DNA of 64,000 nucleotides. Origin: a bacterium. Lineage in GTDB: Bacteria > Patescibacteriota > Saccharimonadia > UBA4664 > JBBRNT01. The notes beneath the pieces are model-generated. The model did not search any database. It saw nothing but the letters and a program-made list of their open reading frames with translations, and had not been told where the DNA came from. The stretch is taken from contig JAYUFZ010000006.1 of the NCBI GenBank assembly GCA_043767845.1, positions 6,726 to 70,725 of the forward strand. Reading direction: 5' to 3'. A program made the position numbers and the translations under genes. Below, in pieces: positions 35,451 to 46,444 of this stretch. Numbering within the stretch: the stretch's first letter is position 1; the number at the start of each line of letters is the position of its first letter.

Positions 35451-36515
35451 ATGACACCCCAAAAACCTGTCGACAATCAGCTCATCGAACCTGAGTTGCC
35501 CGAGGCGCCTCCGATTCACACCGACCAGCCAACCGGACTTGACCCACAGCCGGCCATGCTGGAGTCTGGCCGACGCTGGAGGTTACTAAAACGTCGTGCT
35601 GGGCGCCGGGCCTCAAGCCACTTTCGAATTATTCTGGTACTCATCCCAGTGGTTGCCCTGGTGGTGGTTAGTTTATATCTCGTATCGGCCTATGCCGCAT
35701 ATCGCAGTATGGCCTTGCGTCTGGCCAGGCCAACGCCGCTGTCCTATGAGGGCAACCTAGTCTTTAGTGGGCAGGACTTTTTGCAAGCCTACAATTCCGA
35801 CATGGGTTTTCAAGGCGATTTTAACCCCCCGCAGCCGCCCCTGGGGCAGGCTCTGAGTGGTAGCTTTGTTGGCAAGTGGGCTGGTCAAAACTACAGTGGT
35901 GAGTATACCTATGTAGACAAAACTGCTGCTTTCAGGCTGCGCGGCGATACCATGCCGGTGCTGCGCTACCGACAGGCGCCGATCTTCTATCCACTACACA
36001 GCGACCAATACTATAGCGCGCAGCCGTCAAGCAGCCTCTGGGGACTGATGTGCCAAAATGTAACGCCCGCCCAAAACCCAAAGTCGGCCGACCTATACCG
36101 CCTACTACGCCAGGTAAAGCCAAAGCTATCGTGGGTGAACCCGGCGGCAGTCTCCGGGGGTCGCCTTACAGCCAATTTCCAAGGCGATTTTGAGTCTACT
36201 CACTTTCAGCAGATCGCCGAAAGTCTGGAAAGTTTCTTGCCAGCCGGCTGCAACTTAGGAACCTTTGGTTTTTCGTCGGCCGACGCGGCGCACTTTAAGC
36301 TGCATTTTGATGTCTGGGCCAGTAGCGCCAGGGACACATTCCTTTTGACTTTGTCTGATCCAACGCTGGGGGCCCAGCTCAAGCTGAAAATCGCGTTGAC
36401 CTATCATCCGGAGCGCGCATCTATTGTCCAAGCACAAGCGACAACAAACTTAAATGGGGTTATACTGGATCTTGAAAAGCGCTACCTGAGTCTCGGCCAG
36501 ATAGAAGGGAATTAG
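35451..36515 (+). CDS. hypothetical membrane-anchored protein
   Basis: 354 aa with a charged N-terminus, one TM (ILVLIPVVALVVVSLYLV) and an extracytoplasmic domain. No family recognised. Confidence 0.55.
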   Translation: MTPQKPVDNQLIEPELPEAPPIHTDQPTGLDPQPAMLESGRRWRLLKRRAGRRASSHFRIILVLIPVVALVVVSLYLVSAYAAYRSMALRLARPTPLSYEGNLVFSGQDFLQAYNSDMGFQGDFNPPQPPLGQALSGSFVGKWAGQNYSGEYTYVDKTAAFRLRGDTMPVLRYRQAPIFYPLHSDQYYSAQPSSSLWGLMCQNVTPAQNPKSADLYRLLRQVKPKLSWVNPAAVSGGRLTANFQGDFESTHFQQIAESLESFLPAGCNLGTFGFSSADAAHFKLHFDVWASSARDTFLLTLSDPTLGAQLKLKIALTYHPERASIVQAQATTNLNGVILDLEKRYLSLGQIEGN

Positions 36516-36587
36516 AAAAAGAAAATGATTGACAAAAACCGAACTAAATACGAACATACAAGTATTGAACTAAGCAAGGGGAAAGCA

Positions 36588-37769
36588 ATGCGTCGTTTTG
36601 TGGCAGTAGTATCTAGTGTGTTAATAAGTCTCAGCGGTTTAGCTTCGGTTTCGCCGGTTAGCGCCGCAGCAGTAAAGACCCAAAATGTCTGTAATGCTCG
36701 GGCTTCTACGGCAGCAGCAAAGTGCTTATCACGGGCCAGAACCGGCACCGGCGGCTATCCACAAGCCCTAAACGCGCCCTCAGGGATGACCCCGGCGCAG
36801 ATTCGTGGGGCCTATGAGCTGAGTACTGACGGCGACCCCACAACTGCATTGGCCGTTGTGGTTGCCTACGACAACCCGGCTATTAAGCACGACCTCGACA
36901 TCTACAGCCAGCAGTTTGGCTTACCAGTTCTGCCGAGTTGCAGTCTGACTATCACCCAGGGTTGTTTTATGAAAGTCGACCAACGTGGCGGAATGCGTTA
37001 TCCGGCCGTTGATAATGGCTGGGCCCTTGAGTCCTCGATGGATGTGGAGATCGCCCACGCTACTTGCCCAGCTTGCAAGCTCATCTTAGTGGAGGCTGAT
37101 ACCGCTAGCTACTCGAACCTTGCTACGGCAGTAGACCGGGCAGCCACACTCGGTGCGAAGGCAATTTCCAATTCCTATGGCGGGGGCGAATCCTTTTTCC
37201 AAACTTTCTATGATCGCTCTTATAGTCACCCAGGTGTCATGATCACCGCTAGTGCCGGCGATAGCGGCTATGGAGTTAGCTATCCAGCCGCCTCCCCGAC
37301 GGTAATAGCTGTTGGTGGCACCACACTGCGTCTCGATTCTAGCGGCAAATATCAGAGCGAGTCGGCTTGGTCGGGAACGGGTAGCGGCTGTAGCCGCTAT
37401 GAAACAAAGGCCAGCTGGCAAAAAGACACTGGTTGCCGCAGGCGAACTACTTCCGATGTCTCAGCCGTCGCCGATCCAGCAACCGGCGCTTCGGTCTTTG
37501 ATAGCCTGGGTTATGGTGGGACCAGTGGCTGGTTCACGCTTGGGGGTACCAGTCTATCATCGCCAATCATAGCTGGTGTTTATGCCTTAGCAGCTTCAGC
37601 TAGCGGTTCGGGCGCTTCTAGCCTCTACGCCAAAGCAAATAGTAGTAATACCCATGATGTCACCAGCGGCCAAAATGCCAGCTGTGGCACCTATTTGTGC
37701 AAGGCCGTGACTGGCTATGACGGGCCAACAGGCGTCGGTAGTCCAAGGGGCATCACAGCCTTCCAGTAG
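36588..37769 (+). CDS. S53 (sedolisin/kumamolisin-like) or S8-related serine peptidase, secreted
   Basis: Start at ATG 36588 (MRRFVAVVSSVLISLSGLASVSPVSA signal) with an AAGGGGA RBS. Pro-domain-like MTPAQIRGAYEL, then DVSAVADPATG and GTSLSSPIIAG (GTSxxxP catalytic Ser motif). Confidence 0.7.
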   Translation: MRRFVAVVSSVLISLSGLASVSPVSAAAVKTQNVCNARASTAAAKCLSRARTGTGGYPQALNAPSGMTPAQIRGAYELSTDGDPTTALAVVVAYDNPAIKHDLDIYSQQFGLPVLPSCSLTITQGCFMKVDQRGGMRYPAVDNGWALESSMDVEIAHATCPACKLILVEADTASYSNLATAVDRAATLGAKAISNSYGGGESFFQTFYDRSYSHPGVMITASAGDSGYGVSYPAASPTVIAVGGTTLRLDSSGKYQSESAWSGTGSGCSRYETKASWQKDTGCRRRTTSDVSAVADPATGASVFDSLGYGGTSGWFTLGGTSLSSPIIAGVYALAASASGSGASSLYAKANSSNTHDVTSGQNASCGTYLCKAVTGYDGPTGVGSPRGITAFQ

Positions 37770-37958
37770 CCTAAATCAAACCGCCCCATTCTCTGGGAAT
37801 AGGGCGGAAGTGGTAGGTCTAGTTTGAGGTTCGAGCTAGTGACAAGCAGGCCACGACCATCAAGAAGCAGTAAGACAGTAGGACGCAGAGCATCCGGAGG
37901 TAGAAGGCTGGGCCAAATTGCTTGTACAGCCCATCTACCAGTAGCTCAGCAACCATCA

Positions 37959-38297
37959 TCAAACTTGGACTGGGGGCGGAGCGGCGATGGTCAGGCTTAT
38001 GAGCAAGCCATCTCGACCAAACCTTGCTTCAATGCCTTGCCCATCACGGTCACCAAGGCACTCGCCGTGTAGCAGTGTCCCACCGTCCGAGACCGCCTCT
38101 TGAACCTCAAGGCGGGCAACGAAGTGGTCTGGATCGGCAATAGTCGAAAACGATACTGCCGTCTTACCGGCAGCCAGCGCCGTGGTTAAGTTTGGACAAT
38201 CATGGACTATCAGCTGATAGGACCGTGAGGATGAGCGGTTGCGGGTTGGCAGCTCAGTTACCACTACGGCTCGAGTCTTGGGCATGGTCTCTAGCAT
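37959..38297 (-). CDS. hypothetical protein
   Basis: 112-aa ORF, more protein-like than the overlapping plus-strand ORF 37824..38072. No family recognised. Confidence 0.35.
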   Translation of the reverse strand: MLETMPKTRAVVVTELPTRNRSSSRSYQLIVHDCPNLTTALAAGKTAVSFSTIADPDHFVARLEVQEAVSDGGTLLHGECLGDRDGQGIEARFGRDGLLISLTIAAPPPVQV

Positions 38298-38408
38298 CTA
38301 GGCCTCCAAAGGCGTACGCTCACCGGCGATGAGATGGCGTTATATTAGCCTCGAGCGCTGCCTAAGTCAAGGTTAACAGCTTCGTCCTAACAGGTTAAAC
38401 TAGATCTA

Positions 38409-40562
38409 ATGCATGAATTACTCAAAGACTTAAATGAGCCTCAGCGGCTAGCTGTTGAGGCTACCGAAGGGCCAGTGTTGATGCTGGCTGGCGCCGGCAG
38501 TGGTAAGACCAAGGCTTTGACGCACCGCATTGCTTACTTAGTACAGGCCAAAAAAGTCAGTCCTATCAATATTCTGGCCGTTACTTTTACCAATAAAGCG
38601 GCCGGGGAGATGCGTGGCCGGGTGCTCCGGCTTTTGGCCTTGCGCGAAGATAATCGCAGCTACTTGCCCTTTATTGGTACTTTCCACTCGATCTGTGTAC
38701 GGCTCTTGCGTCGTGAGGCGACAGCCATTGGTCTCGCGCCCGGGTTTATTATTTACGACGCGGCCGATGCCCAGAGCGCCATCAAGGCCGCCATGCGCCG
38801 CCTAGGCATCGATGAGAAACAGTATCACCCCAGCATGATGGCTGGGCTTATCTCTAGTGCCAAGAACGAGCTACTCGACGCCAAGGCCTATTCCGGCATG
38901 GCCTACGGGCAAGTCCAGCAGATGGCGGCCAGGGTTTACGCTACCTACGACCGTATCTTGCGTGAAGCTGGCGCGCTTGATTTCGACGACTTGATTTTCG
39001 AAGTAGTCAAAATGCTTCGCAATCATCCAGATATTTTAGAGAAGTATCAGCAGCAGTTTCGCTATATCATGGTCGATGAGTACCAAGACACCAACAGCGC
39101 CCAATATCAGCTCACCAAACTATTGGCTCAAAAACATCGCAATATCTGTGTGGTTGGTGATGACTGGCAGAGTATTTATTCCTGGCGAGGCGCGAATTTT
39201 CAAAACATTCTTGATTTTGAGAAGGACTACAGCGATGCTAGGGTGGTCAAGCTGGAGCAAAATTATCGCTCCACAAAAAATATCCTAGACGCCGCGCACA
39301 GTGTAATCTCAAAAAATGCCCTTCGGAGCGATAAAGAACTGTGGACCGAAGCCGGGGAGGGTCCAGCTATCGAAATTCAGCAGGCCTACAATGAGATCCA
39401 GGAAGGTGAGCATGTCGTTCGGCTCATTCAACGCTATCAGGTAGAAGACAAACTGCAGTTGAGTGATTTCGCCGTTCTGTACCGCACGAATGCCCAGTCG
39501 CGCAGTCTTGAAGAGGCTTTTTTGAGGGCCAACATGCCATACAAGATTGTCGGTGGGACGCGCTTTTACGAGCGCAAAGAAATAAAAGATATCTTGGCTT
39601 ACTTGCGGTTTATCTATCAGCCAGCCGATATGGTCAGCTTTAGCCGTATCATCAACGTCCCAGCTCGTGGGCTTGGTGACAAAAGCCTCCAGTATTTTGA
39701 GCAGGCTCGCCTCGAGCGACAAACCGAAGACAGTTTAAGTGGCACGCTACAAGTTTTGCTAGAAGCTGATCAAATCCGTGGACTGTTACCGAAAGCGCAG
39801 ACCGCGCTGGTGAAGTTTGGACAATTAATCGAATATTTTGCCGAGGCAGCCAAGGTCAAGCCGGTGAGTGAACTGGTCGAGCTCATCCTCAAAAAAAGCG
39901 GATACCTCGATGCCCTCGACGATGGCACTGTCACGGCTGGCGACCGCATCGAAAACGTCAAGGAACTGATCTCGGTAGCAAGGACCTATGACCAGCTTGG
40001 ACTGGAAGGCTTTTTAGAAGAAATAGCACTGATCGCCGATCTCGACAACTACTCGACCGACATGAACGCAGTTACCCTCATGACACTGCATGCCGCTAAA
40101 GGTTTGGAGTTTCCAATCGTTGTAATGCCGGGCATGGAAGAGGGGATTTTCCCACACTCCAGGACCCAGTTCGACGCCAGTGAGCTCGAGGAGGAGCGCC
40201 GGCTCTGCTATGTCGGGATGACTCGGGCCAAGCACCGACTAGTGCTGATGCACGCCAGTTCACGCTTGCTTTACGGCAAAACTATGCACAACCCACCATC
40301 ACGCTTTTTGGCCGACATACCCGCGGTGCTGCTCCAGGCTCAGACCGCGGGCCCGCTAAGCTCGGTTGGCAGAGAAGCCTACCGCCCGCCGCAACTCACC
40401 AAGGCTGCCGACCTTTCGGCTGGAGACCGTATTCGGCACGCTAAATTCGGCGAGGGGATTGTGGCCGCTATCGAGGGCGATGAGCTGACTGCCACGTTCG
40501 CTGGGCTCGGTAGTAAGCGGCTCAGCCTCAGCTTTGCACCCATCGAGAAGCTGCCTGGCTAG
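38409..40562 (+). CDS. pcrA: ATP-dependent DNA helicase PcrA/UvrD (superfamily 1A)
   Basis: GAGSGKT Walker A, DEYQDTN, the QNYRST motif and the C-terminal region. 717 aa. Confidence 0.9.
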   Translation: MHELLKDLNEPQRLAVEATEGPVLMLAGAGSGKTKALTHRIAYLVQAKKVSPINILAVTFTNKAAGEMRGRVLRLLALREDNRSYLPFIGTFHSICVRLLRREATAIGLAPGFIIYDAADAQSAIKAAMRRLGIDEKQYHPSMMAGLISSAKNELLDAKAYSGMAYGQVQQMAARVYATYDRILREAGALDFDDLIFEVVKMLRNHPDILEKYQQQFRYIMVDEYQDTNSAQYQLTKLLAQKHRNICVVGDDWQSIYSWRGANFQNILDFEKDYSDARVVKLEQNYRSTKNILDAAHSVISKNALRSDKELWTEAGEGPAIEIQQAYNEIQEGEHVVRLIQRYQVEDKLQLSDFAVLYRTNAQSRSLEEAFLRANMPYKIVGGTRFYERKEIKDILAYLRFIYQPADMVSFSRIINVPARGLGDKSLQYFEQARLERQTEDSLSGTLQVLLEADQIRGLLPKAQTALVKFGQLIEYFAEAAKVKPVSELVELILKKSGYLDALDDGTVTAGDRIENVKELISVARTYDQLGLEGFLEEIALIADLDNYSTDMNAVTLMTLHAAKGLEFPIVVMPGMEEGIFPHSRTQFDASELEEERRLCYVGMTRAKHRLVLMHASSRLLYGKTMHNPPSRFLADIPAVLLQAQTAGPLSSVGREAYRPPQLTKAADLSAGDRIRHAKFGEGIVAAIEGDELTATFAGLGSKRLSLSFAPIEKLPG

Positions 40563-40627
40563 CTGCAGTTACTAGCGACTTGCTCGGAAATAGCTTATGC
40601 TTGAGGCAATTAGTGAGGCTTCTTTAG

Positions 40628-43054
40628 ATGTTATGGCTGTTATTGATAGTCGCTGGAATCATTTTGTTTGTAGCCCGCGCGAATCCGTCAAATAACAAGG
40701 GAGGCAGCAACTCTGGTGGTTTTGCAGACCCGGCCACCAAGAGCCGGGTCGCCCACGACCTGGAGCAGCTGGCAGCCAGGCCGGAGTTAATCGCCTACCA
40801 GCTAAGTCTTCGCTCAGCAGTGCAGTACCTACGACTGGGCATTATCACCAATCATTCGCTCGCGCCGACAGCCACACCCGAAGCTGGGCCGGTCATCCAG
40901 CAAGTGTCTGCCTCGGTAGCCGGGCAAGTAACTCCGCCCAGCGCGCAATCCGCTGCCGGTTCCATAATGAGCCAACCGCTGACCAGCGAAGCAGCCTTCA
41001 AGGCGTTAGAAAACATCAACACTTTACTTTATTTGGGAGCTTTCATTTTTGTGGTCTCGGCCAGTCTCTTTGTGGGCTTAGCCGGTACCTCAGGGGCATT
41101 CAAGACGGCCTTCGTTGTACTTCTGTCGCTTGCCTTTTATGGTCTTGGCTTGTGGCTCTTTACTTGTACGATCCGCCTGAAGCCGGCTGGCACAACCTTC
41201 GTAGCCATCGGCCAAGTGCTCGCGCCACTAGCTGGGCTGGCGGCCTACCAAGTAATGTTTGAGGCTACTCACGGCCCGGCTATCTGGCTGATCACCTCGG
41301 CCATCAGCCTAGCGATGTACGTGTTAGCGCTTCGGGTTGTTCGTCAAACCTACATCACCTACTTCATGGCCTTTACTGTCCTTTCGCTTTTCGAGTCGGG
41401 GGTGGCCGTGCTTGGCGCGCCTGTTGAATACTATGCCTGGGGTATGTCGCTGGTATCGATAGTTTTTCTTTTTGTTGCCCGAAAAGTGCTTGGAAGTAAA
41501 GAATTCAGTGAACCATTTGCGGTAAGTGCCCAGATATTCATGCCGGTTGCGCTCTTGATAGCCATCGGTCAGATACCGCAGAATGGCTTACTCGCGACCG
41601 GCGTAACCCTCTTGATTGCCGCTTGTTATTACTATTTGGCACAGATGTTGACCGAAGTCCCTAGCGAAAGTGAGCTCTATATAGCACTAGCGGCTATCTT
41701 GCTACCGCTCGGCGCTGGCTTTGTTCTTACTTCGCAACAATCAAGCTTGCTTGCCATAGCACTTGTGGCGGTTGTGATAGGGGCCTTTGAGACATTGGGT
41801 GCGGGTCTCATTGCTGGCCAGGGCCAACGTGGGAAAACAGACATTATCGCTACAATTGGCGGCCTTTGTGTATTGCTGGCAGCCGTAGTGGTTTTGCAGC
41901 AACCAACGGCGCTTTTAGCCCTGCTGGCCGTCGCGGCCATTACTAACTTTGCCAGCCATTACCTCTACCGGGCCTGGAGCAATCTACTCCTGACTATCCT
42001 GGCTGTTTTGAGCCTGCCGGCCGTTGGCGTGCTGCGGGTTTGGGAGCCAGCACAGAGTAGCCTTATTCTAGCGTTCGCCTATCTGGTGCTTGGTGTAATC
42101 CTGCTAGTCTATCGCTCGAGCTTGAAGAGCTGGTCGGCAGAACATAACACCGTCGCCATCTTTGGCTACTGCGTTGCACTGACTGCGAGTCTTGGTAGCG
42201 GGCTTATGCTGGGCCACGACTGGGCGGCTTTGATTGCCATTTTGGTAATGATGGCGACCGTGCTAGCCAGTGAGGTTGAGCGGCAAGCCCAAGTCATCAG
42301 CCTTAGTGTCGGCCTGCTCTACCTTTCGGTTTATCAGCTACTATTACTATTTGCTACTGAACCAAGCGCCTACGGCTGGGTATTTTTGGCGCTGGCCTTG
42401 GCCATGTACGGCGCAGGGCGAGCCTCTGGCCTGGCTACTGGGCGTTGGCAGATTATCCGCTATGGCGGGCTCGTGGCTGCCTATCTGGCGGCGCTGACCG
42501 GGTTGTCTCTTGACCTGGGCTTGCAACTATCGGCCATTTGCGGGCTCTTTGTAGCCGGTTTATTGAGCTGGTACGAGGCCAGGGCTACGGCCGCGGGTGA
42601 AGCCTATATCTATGGCTCCGGTGCCGTATTAATGCTGGCCGTCGATTGGCTACTGTACTATGCCGGCATCCATGAGACCCAAGTCTATACTCATCTGTGG
42701 GCGGCCTACTTTGCCTTCCTGGCCTATCGTTACCAGCAAAAGGGCAAACAAGCCGAGAGCGACCAGCTCATCATAATAGCCCTCGGTAGCGTCACCATAC
42801 CTCTGGCCCTTCAGGCATTGGGCGATGTCGGTAGCGCCTATGGGCTGCTACTCATTATCGAGGGCGTGCTGCTGGTACTAGCCGGCATTGCATCGCGCAA
42901 ACGCACTGTCCAATATTGGGGGATCGCCACGGCGGTTTTGTCGATTCTGTACCAACTGCGCGGCCTATGGTATGTGACGCTTGGCGCTATCGGGCTGGGG
43001 ATAATCGGCTTGGCCGTAGCGCTGCTGCTGCGCCGCGAGCAACCCAAGCTGTAG
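40628..43054 (+). CDS. large polytopic integral membrane protein, hypothetical
   Basis: 808 aa with well over 20 hydrophobic helices and little soluble sequence. No family recognised. Confidence 0.7.
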   Translation: MLWLLLIVAGIILFVARANPSNNKGGSNSGGFADPATKSRVAHDLEQLAARPELIAYQLSLRSAVQYLRLGIITNHSLAPTATPEAGPVIQQVSASVAGQVTPPSAQSAAGSIMSQPLTSEAAFKALENINTLLYLGAFIFVVSASLFVGLAGTSGAFKTAFVVLLSLAFYGLGLWLFTCTIRLKPAGTTFVAIGQVLAPLAGLAAYQVMFEATHGPAIWLITSAISLAMYVLALRVVRQTYITYFMAFTVLSLFESGVAVLGAPVEYYAWGMSLVSIVFLFVARKVLGSKEFSEPFAVSAQIFMPVALLIAIGQIPQNGLLATGVTLLIAACYYYLAQMLTEVPSESELYIALAAILLPLGAGFVLTSQQSSLLAIALVAVVIGAFETLGAGLIAGQGQRGKTDIIATIGGLCVLLAAVVVLQQPTALLALLAVAAITNFASHYLYRAWSNLLLTILAVLSLPAVGVLRVWEPAQSSLILAFAYLVLGVILLVYRSSLKSWSAEHNTVAIFGYCVALTASLGSGLMLGHDWAALIAILVMMATVLASEVERQAQVISLSVGLLYLSVYQLLLLFATEPSAYGWVFLALALAMYGAGRASGLATGRWQIIRYGGLVAAYLAALTGLSLDLGLQLSAICGLFVAGLLSWYEARATAAGEAYIYGSGAVLMLAVDWLLYYAGIHETQVYTHLWAAYFAFLAYRYQQKGKQAESDQLIIIALGSVTIPLALQALGDVGSAYGLLLIIEGVLLVLAGIASRKRTVQYWGIATAVLSILYQLRGLWYVTLGAIGLGIIGLAVALLLRREQPKL

Positions 43055-43162
43055 TCTCCCTACAGATTTGACAGTGTTTATGCTTCGCGCTAGAATGGCT
43101 TAAGTAAACAAAGACCCTAGCAAAAATAAAAGCTCGCCAAGTAATACTTAGAGGCTTCTATT

Positions 43163-44392
43163 TTGCGAAACGCATACACGCTGGTGGTCCAACGCTTTCT
43201 TAGGGTTCCATCCCGCATCCGACTGCTCAGCACAGCATTTGTGGTTATTATTATCACTGTCTACGGCCTCTCCTCGGGCCTTTTCCTGGCCAAAAATCAA
43301 GCCTTTGCTGATGCCTCACGGGTGGTGAGTGTCTATTTCGATGGTGACAAACGAGTCATTAGTACCGACGCCAATACGGTCGGTGAGGCCATCAACCGGG
43401 CCGGCGTCGACCTGGGTCCTGATGATTTAGTCGAGCCGGCGGCCGATACCAAGCTCCCGCAAGGATACTTCAATATCAACGTCTATCGCGCCCGCCCAGT
43501 TGTCGTCGTTGATGGCGCCAAAAGCTATCAGCTGCGTAGTGCCTTCCAGAGCAGCCGCTTAATCGTGACTGCCGCCGGTCTCATTACCTTCCCAGAAGAT
43601 ACCTATCGTTCCGAAGTTGTCACTAATTTTGTCGGTGACGGTACGGTCGGTGAGAAAGTCACCATCATCCGCTCCAAGCCGCTGCAGATCAACGTCGATG
43701 GCAAAAACATGCTCGTCCATAGCCAGGGCCCAACCGTTGGAGATGTTTTGAAGGAAAAGACAGTCTCGCTGGGCGAGAAGGACACCATTGCACCAGATTT
43801 ATCGACACTGGTGACGCCGGGCTTAGTTATAACCATTACCCGTGTGGCCGAAGTTGAGACAAAGGTACTCGAAGTAATTACTCGGTCGTCGCAAACGCTG
43901 CCCGACCCCAGCCAGCCGGTTGGCTTTAATAAGGTTAAAACCGAGGGTTCAGATGGTAAGCGGACCGTCACCTATCTCATCCATTATCGCAACGGTGTCG
44001 AGATTAAGCGTGACACCCTGAAGATTGAAGGCGAAGTTAAGCCCGTTACCAAAGTGGTGCTCGAAGGCACCAAGGTTATTTTCCCGGGATCGATTGAGTA
44101 CTGGCGACCGAAAGTCGAAGTTGAGGCGGCCAAGTGGGGCGTTGACCCGAACCGTATGCTGCGTATTATGGCTTGTGAGTCGGGTGGTGACGCCAGTAAT
44201 TATAATGGCCGCAGGGCAGGCATTAGCCCGCAGCAAGCTATCAAAGACAATCGGGCTATCGGCCTCTTCCAGTTCAAGCCAACCACCTGGGACAACTCCG
44301 GTGGTGGCGATATCTGGGACGGCAATAGGCAGGTTGAGGTGGCGGCTTGGAAGATGGGGAATTATGGCTTCACCGCCTGGGAGTGCAAATAG
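43163..44392 (+). CDS. RpfB/YabE-like protein (DUF348 repeats + G5 + transglycosylase-like domain)
   Basis: N-terminal TM, repeated about 50-aa segments of DUF348 type (VVSVYFDGDKRVISTDANTVGEAI...), and a C-terminal Rpf-type lytic transglycosylase signature (MACESGGDASNYN...GLFQF). Confidence 0.75.
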   Translation: MRNAYTLVVQRFLRVPSRIRLLSTAFVVIIITVYGLSSGLFLAKNQAFADASRVVSVYFDGDKRVISTDANTVGEAINRAGVDLGPDDLVEPAADTKLPQGYFNINVYRARPVVVVDGAKSYQLRSAFQSSRLIVTAAGLITFPEDTYRSEVVTNFVGDGTVGEKVTIIRSKPLQINVDGKNMLVHSQGPTVGDVLKEKTVSLGEKDTIAPDLSTLVTPGLVITITRVAEVETKVLEVITRSSQTLPDPSQPVGFNKVKTEGSDGKRTVTYLIHYRNGVEIKRDTLKIEGEVKPVTKVVLEGTKVIFPGSIEYWRPKVEVEAAKWGVDPNRMLRIMACESGGDASNYNGRRAGISPQQAIKDNRAIGLFQFKPTTWDNSGGGDIWDGNRQVEVAAWKMGNYGFTAWECK

Positions 44393-44629
44393 TACGAGCT
44401 CAGGATTTCGCGCATTACTTTGCCATCAGCTCCAGTGCTCGCTCACCGTATTATTAAATACGCCTCACTCCGCGCTTCGCTGATTCCGTGTACTGCATCG
44501 AAATCCTGAGCTCGTAATGCTCGAAGTTGCTTCACTGTCTCCGCGCACTGCATCATCCTTAGACCTGTATAATGCCCGGTTATGGGCGGTGGCGAATGGG
44601 CGGTGGGAAATGCTATAGTAGATAATCCT

Positions 44630-46444
44630 ATGAAACTCACTAAACAAATTAGTAAAACCAGTCGTGATCTGAGCCGGACAATTATCCGGGTCATTGTGAT
44701 GAATTGGCGGGTTTCACCGACGCTCTACATCATCCAGCTAATCCTTAATGTTGTGCTGGGCTTTGTGCCACTACTGAGCGCTGGGGTGGCCGGATTGTCG
44801 CTCGGCGCGATCAGCTCCTATATTGCCGGCCAGGCCATCTCGCGTAGTTATCTAGACCTATTGGTCGGCGGGGTAGTGGCCCTCGGCCTCATCTCCACGC
44901 AGCTGGGGTACCTAGAAAGCTATATCGACCAGCTTTTCCAGGTACGCTTTGACGGCTATATCCAGCGCCAGCTATTCCAAAAGTTCGCCTCGCTCGACCA
45001 GTCCTACTACGAGGATCGGGACTTTAACAATAAGCTCAATAAGATTAATCAGAATATCTACTCGCTACGCAGCCTCAATAAAAATCTCTTCTCGGTGGTC
45101 AGCGCCATAGTGAGCCTGGTAACTGCCGGTGTGGCGGTCTTTATCCTCAAGCCTATACTGGTAGTAATCATCATTATTGCCATCCTGCCAGTGCTCATTA
45201 TCGAAGTCCAAACCAGTATGAAGCGTTGGCGCAATTGGGACGAGAAGGGCGACGATTGGCGGCGGCAATGGTATTTGCGCTGGATGCTGCTCGATGTGAA
45301 CCGTATCAAAGAGATTAAACTCTACTTGCTTGGCGACTTCTTTCTCGACAAATGGCAGCACCACTTCGACGCCTCGCGCAAAACCGAGCTTGCTATTGAG
45401 AAATCTGCCCAAAAACAGCGTGCTTTGAGCGGCTTTGTGGATGCTGGCACGCAGATTGGTATCCAGCTCTGGCTGCTCGGTAAGGTGCTGGCCCGCAATG
45501 GCTTTGGCCTCGGCCAGTTCGTCTTTTACCGCCAAGTTATCCAGGGCTTTTCAGTGGCTAGCAGCATGCTGGTCAGTAATCTCCATAATATGCAGGAGAA
45601 TAGCCTATACGTGAACGATTACTTCGATGTCTTAGCCTTGGAGTCACGGTTGCCGCAGCCGAAGCAGGCTATCAAACTGACCAGTAAAGTCCCGCGTATT
45701 GAATTCCGCGACGTTTCTTTTAGCTATCCGAAGTCCAAGCAAAAAGTCATTAAGCACTTATCCTTTGTAATAGAACCGGGCGAGGACGTCGCCCTGGTGG
45801 GGGAGAATGGCGTAGGTAAGTCGACAATCGTCAAACTGTTAATGCGCTTCTATGACCCAACCGAGGGGCAAATCCTTGTCGACGGGCATGATCTAAAAGA
45901 TGTTGACCCAAAAACTTGGTACACGCACGTCGGCGTGCTCTTTCAAGACTTTAACCAGTACATTGCCTTCAGTGCCTCGGACAATATCGCCGTTGGCCGA
46001 GTCGGTGATGGCGGCGGTGATAAGACCATCAAAGCAGCCGCCGATCTGGCTGGCGCGTCATCATATATTAGCAAGTACGAGACTGGTTTCGACACCATTC
46101 TCGACAAATCCTACAAAGGTGGAGCCGAGCCGTCAGGTGGCCAGTGGCAGCGCATTGCGCTAGCCCGAGCTTTCTATCGCCAGGCGAGCGTTATGATTCT
46201 CGATGAGCCAACCTCGGCTATCGATGCCAAGGGTGAATACGAGATATTCAAGCGTATTGCCGAGTCGCAAAAGACCAAGACGACCATCATTATTTCGCAC
46301 CGTTTTAGCGCTGTCCGTAACGCCCACAAGATTTTGGTACTAGAAAATGGCGAACTCATCCAGGCCGGTACGCATCAGGAGCTGGTAGCATCCGATGGCC
46401 TGTATCGAACGATGTTTGAGTTGCAAGCCGAAGGGTATCGTTAG
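44630..46444 (+). CDS. ABC exporter, fused permease + ATP-binding protein (MsbA-like half transporter)
   Basis: Six-TM N-terminal domain, then Walker A GENGVGKST, signature PSGGQWQRIALARAF, Walker B ILDEPT. Start chosen at MKLTKQ (44630); the ORF opens at 44582. Confidence 0.8.
   Translation: MKLTKQISKTSRDLSRTIIRVIVMNWRVSPTLYIIQLILNVVLGFVPLLSAGVAGLSLGAISSYIAGQAISRSYLDLLVGGVVALGLISTQLGYLESYIDQLFQVRFDGYIQRQLFQKFASLDQSYYEDRDFNNKLNKINQNIYSLRSLNKNLFSVVSAIVSLVTAGVAVFILKPILVVIIIIAILPVLIIEVQTSMKRWRNWDEKGDDWRRQWYLRWMLLDVNRIKEIKLYLLGDFFLDKWQHHFDASRKTELAIEKSAQKQRALSGFVDAGTQIGIQLWLLGKVLARNGFGLGQFVFYRQVIQGFSVASSMLVSNLHNMQENSLYVNDYFDVLALESRLPQPKQAIKLTSKVPRIEFRDVSFSYPKSKQKVIKHLSFVIEPGEDVALVGENGVGKSTIVKLLMRFYDPTEGQILVDGHDLKDVDPKTWYTHVGVLFQDFNQYIAFSASDNIAVGRVGDGGGDKTIKAAADLAGASSYISKYETGFDTILDKSYKGGAEPSGGQWQRIALARAFYRQASVMILDEPTSAIDAKGEYEIFKRIAESQKTKTTIIISHRFSAVRNAHKILVLENGELIQAGTHQELVASDGLYRTMFELQAEGYR

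Noticed and set aside
37824-38072. 82-aa plus-strand ORF overlapping the 112-aa minus ORF.
   Set aside because: Arg/Ser-rich, no RBS. The minus-strand ORF is more protein-like, though itself low-confidence.
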